A DNA stretch of 43,944 nucleotides from Nemertoderma westbladi (Eukaryota; Animalia; Xenacoelomorpha). This document shows positions 1 to 12,778 of the stretch, piece by piece. The stretch spans positions 1-43,944 of the forward strand of contig JAUCBJ010004139.1 in NCBI GenBank assembly GCA_032718475.1, written 5' to 3'. The first letter of the stretch is position 1. Each line of letters starts with the position of its first letter. The notes beneath the pieces are model-generated. The model did no database searches and was not told the DNA's origin. It was given only the letters and a program-made list of their open reading frames with translations. The position numbers and the translations under genes were made by a program.

Positions 1-1067
1 ATAGGGCATTGATGCTCGTAAGGTGCTCCAGTGTGGGGTTGCTAACGTAGCGCCCAATGTAGAGTAAGCTGCGCAGAGCATTTCTGTGGGCGGCATCGAG
101 TCTATCCATGTCGGTCTGGGAGAGGTAACCAATGTGTAATCTCAGGTCGTATAAAATTACAGGCAGTGCAACTGTTCTCCAGAGGTGAGATACGGTTTCA
201 ACAGGAAGCCATTCAGATGTCCATCCCTTGTTCTTAAGGGTCTGGCTTAGTGCCGCTATCGTCTGCAGGGTCTTGCTTAAGGGGTTAGTCATTACAGTAG
301 CCAAATCGTACCCTAAGAAGCTTAACTTTTCGCATCTTGGAACCACTTTGCCGTTCAGATAAAGAAATGTTGGCCTATGACAGCCTTGGTGATTGTTGAA
401 CACTGTCCAGTTTACTTTGGATTTTTCTATTGTAAGTTTCATTTCTGCTGCGCTATTATGGAACATGGTAAACATTTTCTCCATTCCCTCCTGCGTGTTA
501 GAGACTAACAAGAAATCATCAGCATAAGAGATTGTTCCCAACCAGTGTGTGTCTATCCAGCATCCGAGTTTGGAACTTTTCAAATCATCAATAATGGATT
601 TAGTATACAAATTGAAGAGGACTGGTGAGAGGAATGATCCCTGTTTCAGGCCTCTACAAACATGGATGCCTATAGCATCAACATCACTGCCGAACTTGAG
701 AAAATAGAGGCTTCTGGTGTAATAGTTAAGGACAGTAGCGACAATGTGAGGGTTTATTCCACACTCCAGCATTTTGCAGCCCAGAACGTTATAGTCAACA
801 GTGTCGAATGCTGCTGACTCTATATCAAGCTGACAGAGATATACTGACTTGTTCTTCATCCGCAGATGCTCAATGCACTCTAACATCGTTGCAATGACTA
901 CATCAGACCCAATGTGACTACGGTAGGCTGTCTGGTTCTCATGGAGATCTATGCTGCTAAGGAAGCTCTTCAGCACAACATGTTCAAACAATTTGGCCCA
1001 AATGCTGATTGATGATATTGGGCGATACGATTTAGGAGAGTAAACATCCCGATGCTTGCCCTTATGC
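1..1067 (-). mobile_element. 5'-truncated non-LTR retrotransposon (LINE) reverse transcriptase ORF, running off the window start
   Basis: Manual minus-strand translation gives, in one frame, HKGKHRDVYSPKSYRPISSIS, LDIESAAFDTVD, RGLKQGSFLSPVLFNLY, YADDFLL and LPVILYD. It is missing from the ORF track, probably because the frame has no stop inside the window. Confidence 0.9.
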
Positions 1068-4000
1068 TTTTTTTGAAAATATGAATTATTGGTTTAATTT
1101 AAAAAGTTTAAAGGTTGATATTCTCAAACTTTCACATAATGATTTCAATCATAAATGTAATGTGATAAAGTTAAAACGGCATTGAAAAATCAATTTAATT
1201 GTTCTTCAGAACGATTTTTGGGGATCAAGTCTCCCTTCGGTAATAGGCTGGTCTCCAACCTGGTCCTATTCTTTGTGAGAATATTATGTAATTATTTGAC
1301 AAAGGCTCTTTTTCTCACTAATATTTTTAAAATTGCGTTAATTACTCTAAATATTTTCACTAATTACCAGAAAATTAGTTTAAAAAATTATTTTTTTTAA
1401 CTATTTTTTTTTCTGAAAAAAAAAAATCTCGTTGGCATTTTAACATTCGCTTCGCTCGTGCCAAAAACCTGCCGGCTCGTGTAAAACTCAACCACTCGTA
1501 CAGAATAGTTGAATTTCGCTAAATTTATAATGAGTGAAAATAGCGATATTTTCCGCTTACTTTTATTTTATCGAATAATAGTCCTATAAAACGTTGGGTT
1601 TTGAGAAACTTTATTTATTTACAAAAAAATTAATCCAGTTTTGCTACTTTTCTGTATCATCGTGTCTGCACGGTACTTCACATAGCGCCCCATTTGGTGA
1701 TCTCCAGTGAATGTTTGGATTTGACCTGGCCAAATTGGTTTACTACGGAAGATCCGCAGTGGGCACACCTGGGCGGGTGTGGGCCACTCGGAATCCGACG
1801 AGGCGGCGCACATATTGACATTTGGCGTATGTACATTTCTTACAGTAGGGGGCCACTGGGTTAAGAGTTTTTACGGTATACTTAATATGAGCATAAAGAA
1901 GAAAGTGTTGGCGATGTATCTGAAAAATAAATAAATAAACATTGTTCTTTGTATCTCAAGTTGATTTGGATTAGGACAATGTGATACTTTTAACTCCTGC
2001 AATAATTCAGGTGGTTTGATGAGACTGCTTAGGGGTGGGGTGGGGTGTGGGGGGGGGGGGGGGGGGGTAACTGAGAAAATGTGACAAAGAAATGGAAAGA
2101 AAGGCAATGTTATAGTAAATGGATTTGTGTTATGTAATACTCTGTAGCAGCTGCTGGCTCCGAGGTAACTAATTTTGTATAGCCTGGGACTGACTATCTC
2201 TGGGTAGTATATTGAAGACATAAGTCTATGAAGGAGAGATAATGTTTACTTTAGCTTTGATTTATGTTGTCAGCCCGGGGCGTCCTTCCGGTTCAATGAG
2301 TTATTGGGCAGATTTATTACATTGCAAGACTGTTTGATGCTTATGGTATATGGATCGAGGTGAAGTTATTATTATAAACATTGTCAAATTAAACAGAGTT
2401 ATCAGGATGGAAAACTCATTTTGTATAATGTAGTATCCTCAGACCACACCTGTGACAAAAATTGATGGATTGGGATAAATAGGGCTGTAGGGTGGGAGTT
2501 GGTGTGTAAGCCGCCTATGGAATCGGAAGAATATATCAAATTGACTGTTTTAATTATAACATTGACCTGCGGAATCAATGAGAATTGTATGGAAGTAGAA
2601 ATCTAATATTTATATCAAACACATGCTTGGTACTGTATCAGGGGATTGCCGCCTGTCAATATGTACACGTTCTCTGAACCCAGAGTTATACTGCCGTATT
2701 TGGGCGAATACGACAGGCACTTTTCTGTATATCGCACCGTAATGTTTTAATTCAACCCCACCAAATTACATTCCCCAAAAATGGGGGGGGGGGGGGGGGG
2801 GGGGTTGTCTCCCTTGTTGTATGAATTCGCGATTTTCAGAATGTATATTTCCACAACCTTTTATTTTCCAATTGTGATGTGCGCCTTCAATAAACATAAC
2901 AAAAAGTTAAAGTGACGTCATTCTGTATCCAATATTATAATACTCAAATCACTGTAAATAATATAATAGTAAATATAATAATATAATTATTTTATAATAA
3001 CATATATAGCTGACAAAAGAGACAAGACAATGTACGTGGAAATTATTTGATATACCTAAGCTAAAATCCGCCTAGCGTCGGACACAAACACACCCAAAGA
3101 ATTCGGCAATATAACAAAATAACACTAGATGGAGCTGGGCATAGTAAATCGTTGGGCTACCGCGTCACTAGGGGGCGTAAATAATTCCGCACAAGTTTCT
3201 ACGCCAATACAATTATTAATACGGATAAATAGTCTATCTTGGAATGATTCAAACGCTGAATTTCCTAAAATCGCGTCAAATAATTGAAACCAAACAATAT
3301 CCACAATATAGTCGATAATTTATCATTAAATCATAAACCGAAATCAATACAAATAACATTTTACATCCAGTGAATGTTATTAATGAAAACTATTTATAAA
3401 AAATCATAATGATGTGACGTCACAAGCTCTAATAGGGACTCTTAATTGAATGATTGGGTCGCTAATTATTGGTTTTTAACAATAATTTCTTTAGCTATTA
3501 ACCAAAACCTTTACGTATGTGATTCATACCAAAGGAGACGAAAATCAATAGACTTCTAAACCTACAACAACACTGGCACCACACTAGGATATTTCTGGAT
3601 TTTCATTCTATTTGTGGAATATGATATTAGGATGGTTTAATTAATTAAATATATACTATCACTATAACAAGCTTCATGCAATATAGGAATGGTTATAATT
3701 TAAGTTTCAGGAAATCAAATAATGGTTGAGCTAAGTTATGGCAAATATTGTAGGCCTACAATAATAATATTAAAATATAGAAACCAAAAATTATGGCCCA
3801 CCTAAAAGATTGTTAGATAATTAGATGAGAAAGCGGATTAATTAATTACAAACTCAGCATAAATTCGCAAGCACAAGTAATAGACACACCAGCACAAATT
3901 AATTAATAAAGAACCCCAATAACAATTATTAATTAATACCAAACTAATTAATTTGCACACGATATATAATTAATACCCCCATTTGGCAGACTTATACTGA

Positions 4001-4222
4001 TATCATTAAATACTAAATATCAAACTGATATCATTATTAAATACTAAAAAATTGCTACCAATTCTAGACATGGGACAGACAGCAGGTTGGTATGGGTGGG
4101 GTCATTTATTTAAAACAGGTTTTTAGGCACAACAATTAATTTATTAACCAGAACCAATGAAGCTTCAGCAGAATAAGAGCAGCCATGTGCGGGAATAGTT
4201 TGTGTGTCTGGTTGCTAGGCAA

Positions 4223-4328
4223 CTAATCTTTGTCACCGTCGGGTGTGTCCCCACCGTCGCGGGTGTCTGCAGCGGCGGTGCGTCGATGAGCGTAGGATCG
4301 AGATGGAGCGGACCTGGCGCCGCCGCCC
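4223..4328 (-). CDS. Terminal exon (non-helical tailpiece) of the non-muscle myosin II heavy chain fragment
   Basis: Acceptor TCCTTTCTAG|G at 4329/4328 joins donor GCCAG|GTTGGT at 5230/5229 (phase 2). This gives LRSKAR-GGGARSAPSRSYAHRRTAAADTRDGGDTPDGDKD*, with the intron in the same place as the last intron of MYH9/10. An AATAAA lies downstream at about 4105-4110. Confidence 0.7.
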
Positions 4329-4349
4329 CTAGAAAGGATACACACAACG

Positions 4350-5165
4350 TGCGGTTAGTGGGATCATAGCTAGTGCGATTAGTGGTAGCATAGCTAGTGC
4401 GATTAGTGGTAGCATAGCCAGTGTGGTTAATGGTAGCATAGCCAGTGTGGTTAGTGGTAGCATAGCTAGTGCGATTAGTGGTAGCATAGCCAGTGTGGTT
4501 AATGGTAGCATAGCCAGTCTGGTTAGTGGGAGCATAGCCAGTGTGGTTAGTGGTAGCATAGCCAGTGTGGTTAATGGTAGCATAGCTAGTGTGGTTAGTG
4601 GTAGCATAGCTAGTGTGGTTAATGGTAGCATAGCCCGTGTGGTTAGTGGTAGCATAGCCAGTGCGGTTAGTGGTAGCATAGCCAGTGTGGTTAGTGGTAG
4701 CATAGCTAGTGTGGTTAATGGTAGCATAGCTAGTGCGGTTAGTGGTAGCATAGCCAGTGTGGTTAGTGGTAGCATAGCCAGTGTGGTTAATGGTAGCATA
4801 GCCAGTGTGGTTAGTGGTAGCATAGCTAGTGTGGTTAATGGTAGCATAGCCAGTGTGGTTAATGGTAGCACAACTAGTGTGGTTAGTGGTGGTAGCATAC
4901 TTAGGGCAGTTAGTGGTAGCATAGCTAGTGTGGTTAATGGTAGCATAGCTAGTGCGGTTAGTGGTAGCATAGCCAGTGTGGTTAATGGTAGCATAGCCAG
5001 TGTGGTTAATGGTAGCATAGCTAGTGTGGTTAGTGGTAGCATAGCCAGTGTGGTTAGTGGTAGCATAGCTAGTGTGGTTAGTAATAGCACAACTAGTGTG
5101 GTTAGTGGTGGTAGCATACTTAGGGCAGTTAGTGGTAGCATAGCTAGAAGTAACATACCTAGTGT
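4350..5165. repeat. 24-bp minisatellite (GTGGTTAGTGGTAGCATAGCCAGT)n filling the myosin last intron
   Basis: Directly visible tandem array. It produces the spurious (LAMLPLTT)n and (SGSIASVV)n ORFs. Confidence 0.97.
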
Positions 5166-5229
5166 GATTTGGTTAGTGTAGTTAGCGTTGTATTCTATCT
5201 ATATATCACTATATTTGAAATCAACCAAC

Positions 5230-6105
5230 CTGGCTTTGCTACGTAGAGTTGTAACTTCCCTCTGTAACGTGTCATTCTGTTCCGTAACATCGTCCAACAT
5301 CCTCTGTAACTTTCTCTTAGATGCGTTCACCCTCGTTACTTCTTCCTCTGTTTCTTCCAACTCCCTCTGTAATTTTCTCTTAGATGCGTTCACCCTCGTT
5401 ACTTCTTCCTCTAAGTTTCTCTTAGATGCGTTAGAGAAGAAAGTTAAAGATTTAATCAAAAGACTTAAGAAAGCAAGCTGATATGTACAAGGAGCAGGCT
5501 GATGTGTACAAGGAGCAGGTAGGTGGAGGTGTACATCAGCTTGCTCCTTGTACACATCAGCTTGCTTTCTTTCCTCTTTTGATTCAAAGATTAAATCTTT
5601 TATTTTCTTCTCTAACTTTCTGTTTGATTTACTAGCGGCCTGTCGCTCCCTGGACTCGGCGGACAACTGCTCCTCGGCCTGGTTGAGCTTCTGCTCCAGT
5701 CCCTGGATCGTTGTTCTCATTCGCGACTTCTGAGTTTCATCGCAGTCTTGCAGCTTCTGCTTGAGGTCGCGATTCTGTCGTTCCAACATGAGTCTGTCGT
5801 TGTCAAGCTTCTGCGTGATAGATCGTAGGGCAGTGGTCAGCGTATGATTGCGTATTTGCTGATAGCGTACTTGCTGCGACTTGTTCGACCTGCAACACAA
5901 AGTTTGATGTAGGATTACCTAAACTTAAACAATAACTGATAGCGACAAATATTATTAGATAGAAATAGATATTTGAACATTCTAACTTTTCTTGGAACAG
6001 CGATACGTATGATTGCTCCTCCTCCAGATCGTTTTCCAACTGTTGTATTTTCGACTCGAGTCGGCGTTTCTCGTCGAGTGCGTTGCCACGGTTACTAGCT
6101 AATTT
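5230..6105 (-). pseudogene. Rearranged non-muscle myosin II heavy chain (MYH9/MYH10/zipper-like) coiled-coil tail exons
   Basis: ALDEKRRLESKIQQLENDLEEEQS, LERQNRDLKQKLQD...ERQAASKSNRKLEKKIKDL...ERKQADVYKEQ and VNASKRKLQR.LDDVTEQNDTLQREVTTLRSK match the myosin II tail end. An acceptor TTGCAG|GTCGAA sits at about 5890. A frameshifting foreign insert, an inverted duplication and a tandem duplication are present, and no head exons are seen. Confidence 0.85.
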
Positions 6106-6154
6106 AATTAGGCACTTACATGATAGTTGGTTCCACCCCAGTGAGCTTCTTAAG

Positions 6155-6215
6155 TTCTTCGTCAACAAATTCAAGTTCCTCGTCAACAAATTCAAGTTCC
6201 TCGTCAACAAATTCT
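6155..6215. repeat. 21-bp tandem repeat (CGTCAACAAATTCAAGTTCCT), about 3 copies
   Basis: Visible directly. Confidence 0.85.
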
Positions 6216-6605
6216 AGTTTAATAATGGAGGAAGATTGAGTACCGGTATATAGACTAATATAATAATAATAATATACTACTGCATCTAATACTCGCCTTA
6301 CCAGTAGTTTAATAATGAAGGAAGATTGAGTATAGACTAATATAATAATAATAATAATATACTACTGCATCTAATACTCGCATTACAAGTAGTTTAATAA
6401 TGGAGGAAGATTGAGTATAGACTAATATAATAATAATAATATACTACTGCATCTAATACTCGCATTACAAGTAGTTTAATAATGGAGGAAGATTGAGTAT
6501 AGACTAATATAATAATAATAATATACTACTGCATCTAATACTCGCCTTACAAGTAGTTTAATAATGGAGGAAGATTGAGTATAGACTAATATAATAATAA
6601 TAATA
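6216..6605. repeat. About 80-90-bp tandem repeat, about 4.5 copies
   Basis: Unit AGTTTAATAATGGAGGAAGATTGAGTATAGACTAATAT(AAT)nATACTACTGCATCTAATACTCGC.TTAC.AGT recurs head to tail. Confidence 0.93.
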
Positions 6606-8605
6606 AACGTAAAGAAAAACAGTTAAATAATTCAGTGCAGAGGTTTAATTTTTATTTAATTTCAATCAGACAGTAAAAATTCGTGCGGATATTGCATTAA
6701 TAATAATAATAAAATTACCGGTCCGGCCGGGACCAAAAACATTTAATTAAATGGCATGACAGTTGGCTGGGGTTCGTAGGCTACTGAAGAATGAATCCCA
6801 TAACTATAGTTTTTATACACCGAAATTCAACCAATATAAAAGGTGTTAATGGATTACCGAACAAACTGCACATTACTTCAACAGGCAAACAAGCAAACGA
6901 GCTATAATCAGTTTGACCCTTGCAACAATGGAGTTACCTAGCAATAATGGCCACATGTTATCCTACAACTTTACAGAAGCCAATCGTGTTTACATATCCA
7001 ATATAGCAGCTAAGTACGCCCACCCCAAGCAATACCCGAGCCCGCCCCAGGCGAGGTATAAAGGTACATACCAATAATAACCGAGCTAAAAATAAACCCA
7101 ATAATCAACTTACGGCCCACCAATAAAAATTACAACCCAATAGATGTCGTCACAGCCAATATACAAGTACGCACACCAACAAAATCAATATAGAACAAGC
7201 CCTAAGCCGAAAATAATCACCCAATAAATAGATTAACATTACAGATTGTATGCCAACAAGTAGTTGGGCTGCTAAAGCGTAATCTGATTGTAATCGGACG
7301 TCAAACTTTTAATAATTTTATTTAAATTATTGTGCGAAATTTGTAGATCTGGCGATTTTACCATTTCCATGGTTTAATAAATATAATTTATAATTAATAT
7401 TAATAACAATATGCCAAGAGGATAAGTTTGTTACAAACCGCCACTAAACTCATAAGGGTCTGTTAATTCCTGTCTGTAGGATGTTACGTCATTTATTTTT
7501 CGTAGTGGTAGCGATACGAATTGTGACATGTTGCGGATTCTGCTTGGAGAGTGTAATGTGCTTTGTGGGTGTAGCAAATATAGCATTCAATATTACATAC
7601 ATTTATTTAGTCGCCCAGTTTTAGCCCCTGTCTAATTATTAATTAAACTAATAAATGAAAATAAACTAATATTTACTCTATTAATAATTACACAAACATT
7701 GTGTTTTACTCTTTATTACTCAAAATATGTAGAATAGTAATAAATACAGTGTGTGATCCTACATTTATTTGTAAGTTCAATACGATTTCAAATTATTCCA
7801 GAGCCCACCAGCCCACGGCACGTTAACTATGTGCTGATGTGTGTGGATTTCATCTATTACAGTATATGTTTTAAATATTATTTACGTCAGAGGCTGGCAA
7901 TACAAGGTACAGTAGGAGTGTAATCTTCCATCGATATCCATACCTCAATGTAATGAACTGAACACTACGCAAACTTTAGGCTGAGTCTAGTCCATTCTAT
8001 ACATCTTAATGATTGACAGGATAGAGAAGAAGTAGACCAGCACAAGCATAGTCTGAGTCAGTCACCCTCCCAGACATCAAAGTAAGCGCCGATTTCCAAG
8101 TAAATTCCTAATGAAATCCAAGTCAAATCCTAAGTGCCTCCAAGTCTGGAATTTGGGCTAAATTTCATTTCCAATTAAATCCTAACTCCAATAGTAGTGA
8201 ATCAGTGACTTGGATCCTAATAGGATCCTATTAGGAACCAATACGACGTTATTTGAAAGCGGTACTGTAACTCTTATTGACGCCGCTTGGAAAACTAACC
8301 AACCATGATTTATTTTTGAACTGTTTTTCCACCAACCTGGCTATAGAATGTTGTTGGTTGCTACTTGCTACAGTATATATGGCACTAACATACATAGTAT
8401 AACATAGCATAGACTGATACAGTAGAAGCAGCAATGAGAATGCTAAGGGACTAAACATTCGCTCAGATATTGAAAACCGTCGTGTCAGTCTGTCCTTCTT
8501 TCAGTCTTTGTGAATTTATTAACATATAATAACGAACCTGCCTATTAATAGGCCAGGGTAGTTTTTGTCAAGAGTTGAGCCGTTCAAAAACATGATGTGG
8601 GTTGT

Positions 8606-8636
<31 letters not shown>

Positions 8637-10084
8637 GGGGGGTGTATGTATGTATGTATAACCATCCAATATCTCAAAAACTCAAGCAGATACGCAGAAA
8701 TTTTAATAACAAACTTTACATAAATTTTGGTTGCGTTTGTGGCGTTTCGATCTCGGGGTCACTGAAAAATAGCTGTTTAAAAAATTTAATGTCGAATTTC
8801 ACCGATTTCAACTCGTCGAGTATGTACCAACTTTTTTATTTGGGCTATTCAGTCATTTTAACAACATAATTGCGCCTCAGAATCTTTTCAAAATCGCCAA
8901 TCTCGCACAGAACGTCGCCAAAATTTGTTAGTCCGGCAAAAAAACGCACTAATTTGTCTAAAAGAGTAAATTATTGGTTGCAGAATAATATGATTCAACT
9001 AGAAAAGCCAGTAAGCTGGCTGGCTATAAGGAGACCGTCCATAGACAAACAAATTCATTACCATCAACCTATAAACCATTTAAACGGCCCAGTGCTTACA
9101 ATTCAATTACCTGGCCTCCCATCTACAGTAACATAGCAGTGAGTAACCTTATAGATTGTTGTCATAGGATTCACTGGGAAGAGCTATTCATCTGGTGGGG
9201 TAATACATTATACAAACTTACAGTTGATGTTTGATTACTGTCTGGGTTAGAGTGAGATAGTAATAAATTTGGCAAGTAATATACTTCTCTGCAGTTTGGG
9301 CTATCCATTCAATAAATAGTAGTAGCTTACTAGGCCCACATGAATAGGCCTACCAGCAGCTGGTGTTTCTTTAGTCAAACCACGTGTCTGCGAGTGCAAC
9401 CGGGTGCCAGTAATTAATCTAAGTCCAACCGGGCGGCCAGGCCAGTGTCAGTTAGTACAATAAAACAAGCACTGTGGCGCATCCCTGGGCTGAAGGACAT
9501 CTTCTGTCACTCATCCTGGACCTACAATGTTTATTTGACATAAAGGTAGCGGCAGCCGCACTCTTTAAATCACTTAGCTTTAAGTAGGCCTACCTGTCTT
9601 CAGTCTGCATGTGTGTTGTGCACTTCTTACTGGTCCGCAATCACATACGGATTATTCTCCATAGGAATCCATTACATACGCACATACGCTTATGTGCATA
9701 CGGATACGGCAAATGCATACGGATACGGCGAAAAGTTATACCCGGCCAGTATGATAATGGGATGAATGAGCTCTAACCATTCACGTAATTTAATACAAAA
9801 TTATACGTAATTACATACATAAATATACTATAATCAAGGACTACTCTACTAGAGAGAGTAGTAGAGTAGTCCTTGACTATAATCTGTGTTGTGTAACTGG
9901 TCGCTGAAATAATGGGACTACCCGTCCAGTGGCCAGCTCCACATAAACATCACATTTGTTATAATTGTATGTAATTTGTTAAATTTTTGCTGTCTATGTG
10001 TGAGAAATTGTTAATATATCTTATTTTATTTAAACCTACATGGGTAAACTCGAGGCTGCTTGATCGCTTGTTCGTTTATATAAT

Positions 10085-10165
10085 ATGGTTTACTGTTCAT
10101 TTATACAGTATGGTTTACTGTCCATTTATACAGTATGGTTTACTGTTCAGTTCATTTATACAGTA
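10085..10165. repeat. 25-bp tandem repeat (TATGGTTTACTGTTCATTTATACAG), about 3 copies
   Basis: Visible directly. Confidence 0.8.
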
Positions 10166-10366
10166 CATATGCCAATACTACAAAAGTTTAGTTTGCGCAT
10201 TGCGCTGTTTATTGTGTGTCTTTGATACCCCTTACTGTATAGTATATAGTCTTACTATTCATAAATCTTCAATTATTTTAAATCAACAGGAATGAGGACA
10301 TGTAACCGAGATTTATTAACAAATTAAACTAAGGCGCGCGCGCAGAGTGGAAAGGGTTAACTTTAA

Positions 10367-11246
10367 CACTTTAACTGTCCACTTTATATGTATGGAATCT
10401 CCAAAATTTTCCCGCTAATATTTATAAATTATGGGGATTTCATTCACTTTGAGTGCTATAAAAACATAAAATAGGTTGTGTTTATGTGTCAAAAAAAGTC
10501 AATCGTGACGCATATATCCGTCACTGACAACCTACAAATGGCAGTTTACCAAAATGAGTCAGTGACGCAAATATGCGCCATTCCAGTTGGTGCATTCCAG
10601 TAGTGCAAGATTAAATTCGATTAAAGGCTGTAGAAATTACATGGTGTCTGGTGTGTCTGCAGGGTGGTGCTGGGTGGAGGCAAGGTTGGTGGGTCTGCAG
10701 GGTGGTGCTGGGTGGAGGAATCGTTGGTGTGTCAACAGGGTGGTGCTGGGTGGAGGCGAGGTTGGTGTCTTCAGGGTGGTGCTGGTTGGAGGCAAGGTTG
10801 GTGTGTCTGCAGGGTGGTGCTGGGTGGAGGCATGGTTGGTGTGTCTGCAGGGTGACGACGGGTAGTGTGGCGACATCCCTGTTTTACATGTAATAGCCAA
10901 GAGAGAAGAGCCTTTGGGTTGTGCCTGGTGTTTTATGTTTCACACTCACCAAAACTTATTATAGATTTCATATTCTGGCACAATTACAAAGCTATCTAGT
11001 TGCCTCCAAATCCTGAATCTCGGTATATTTTTATATTTTTTAAGACATTGTGCAGTGGTCATATGACGCATATATGCGTCAAGGATGATGTCAAAAAATG
11101 AGTTTGGGATCTGTTCACAAGGTGGCACATGAAATTTTAACAAATTACCTACCATTTCCTATGCATCACAGTTTAAATCAATGACGGATATATGCGTCAT
11201 GACACAATCTATTGTCTACCATTTGACGCCAAAGACAGTCAAAGTG
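10367..11246. mobile_element. piggyBac-type non-autonomous element (MITE)
   Basis: TTAA flanks on both sides (10363-10366 and 11247-11250). TIR CACTTTAACTGTC / GACAGTCAAAGTG. Subterminal palindromes TGACGCATATATGCGTCA-like at about 10506, 10563, 11064 and 11182. Confidence 0.8.
10640..10855. repeat. About 41-bp G-rich minisatellite (GGTGTGTCTGCAGGGTGGTGCTGGGTGGAGGCAAGGTT), about 5 copies, inside the MITE
   Basis: Visible directly. It explains the overlapping short ORFs here. Confidence 0.9.
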
Positions 11247-11869
11247 TTAATAAAGAAATGAGCAATTTCCAAAAAAAAAGAGAATAATGAAAAAATAACG
11301 AATAATCATTTAACAAGGAATGAAAAAGGAAACTCTAGGTGACCTGCAACTATAATCTAAATATAGAACCATTATAATAAACTACAAATTAAATGTAGCC
11401 TAATGTTTAACGTTAACTTTTTAAGAAAAATACGCTTTTATTTTAATTAAAGTTTTCCATTTTGGAATAAAATGACCAACAGTCCTCATAAAACGCCATT
11501 AGAACACCCCCTTCAGCTCAGCATTCTAATAAAGTTCCAGATTATACGACTTTTAATAAAATCGTTAATTAACAGCTGATAAATTAAATAAGACAACAAG
11601 AACAACTTTTTGAATTGAATTTGTTTAGAGCGGGTGTTGTAGAGTGCACTGAAGAAGCCTTAGTAAACAAGTAGCAGAGAGACAACCTTCAACAATAACA
11701 AATATAAGAATATTCCATCACTGTGTAGTCTAACTACTGTTGTAGGTTATTGTTGTTGTACTAAATACGGTAATATAATCTATTTAGAAAAGAGTATTTC
11801 AACAGAATGTCGAGTAACACATGAAACTTACTTCGGAATTATTTACTAACTTATAAAACCACATATATA

Positions 11870-12342
11870 CAGGGGTGTTTGAAAAAGGTGGACTGGACAA
11901 TGGACAGACCAATCAGAATCGTATTAAGCAAAGCAGTTTGAAGTTATTTGTCTGTCCACCTTTTTCAAGTTTTCGCTTTCTTAATTTTAATTACATAATT
12001 GGGAATAAGATGTGTTTTTGAAAAAGGTGGACTGGACGCAGGCACATCACAGTAAGTAGGCCTATGGGATAGATAATAATAACAATAATCCATAAAAACC
12101 TTCTGAAAATTTTTGAAAAATGTGGACAGAGCTGCCATAATCAGATAATGTGCAAATCAATCTATTTGGTCAATTCATTGTCTGTTATTTTATTTCTCAA
12201 CCTAGTCCACCTTTTTCAAATTTGAAAAAGGTAAAAAACAAAGCTAAAAAAGGTGGACATGCTGTGTGACACAACTCGCCCATGATTGGTGTGTCATTGT
12301 CCATGTTTTCTGTGTCCAGTCCACATTTTTCAAACACCCATA
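11870..12342. mobile_element. Tc1/mariner-like MITE
   Basis: TA-flanked inverted ends GGGTGTTTGAAAAAGGTGGACTGGACA / TGTCCAGTCCACATTTTTCAAACACCC, with several internal GAAAAAGGTGGAC copies in both orientations. Confidence 0.75.
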
Positions 12343-12466
12343 TACAGCATATATCAATCTGTCAATCATTAAGAAAAACTTGAGATAAAGATTTAAGATT
12401 TAATATGATTTGGCGATATGATCTAATACCACACCAAAATAATTAGTTTAATTATTACTTAGAGAC

Positions 12467-12743
12467 CAGGGGCGGGCGACACGAAGCTCCGTTTTTTCAG
12501 AATGCATTTACTGTAGTTATGTAGAGTAGAATACAAAATTGTTCTTAACGGAACCTTAAAGGTGCTTTCTGGCGCATGGTGTAAAATACCTTAACGGAGA
12601 GTCCTCCGTTAGTGTAACGGAGCTTCGAGGCACTGGCTTCCGTTAGTTAAAGTCGCCGTTAATTTAACGGAGGTTTCGTGTCGCTCATAATTTTAGTTAA
12701 CGGCGCCGTTAGCACAAACGGAGCTTCTTGTCGCCCGCCCCTG
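12467..12743. mobile_element. hAT-like MITE just 3' of EEF1E1
   Basis: TIR CAGGGGCGGGCGACACGAAGCTCCGTT / AACGGAGCTTCTTGTCGCCCGCCCCTG, plus many internal AACGG/CCGTT subterminal motifs. No clean 8-bp TSD. Confidence 0.75.
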
Positions 12744-12778
12744 GAGAGTGGAGACCACCGACATATGTCCTAGGAACT

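Noticed and set aside
1600-2750. Possible decayed coding or retroelement sequence
   Set aside because: No recognisable motifs, and multiple stops in the frames examined.
4329-5181. 275-aa and 252-aa ORFs
   Set aside because: Translations of a 24-bp minisatellite lying inside a predicted intron.
6216-6605. CRISPR-like periodicity
   Set aside because: Units are head to tail with no unique spacers, the context is eukaryotic and no cas genes are present.
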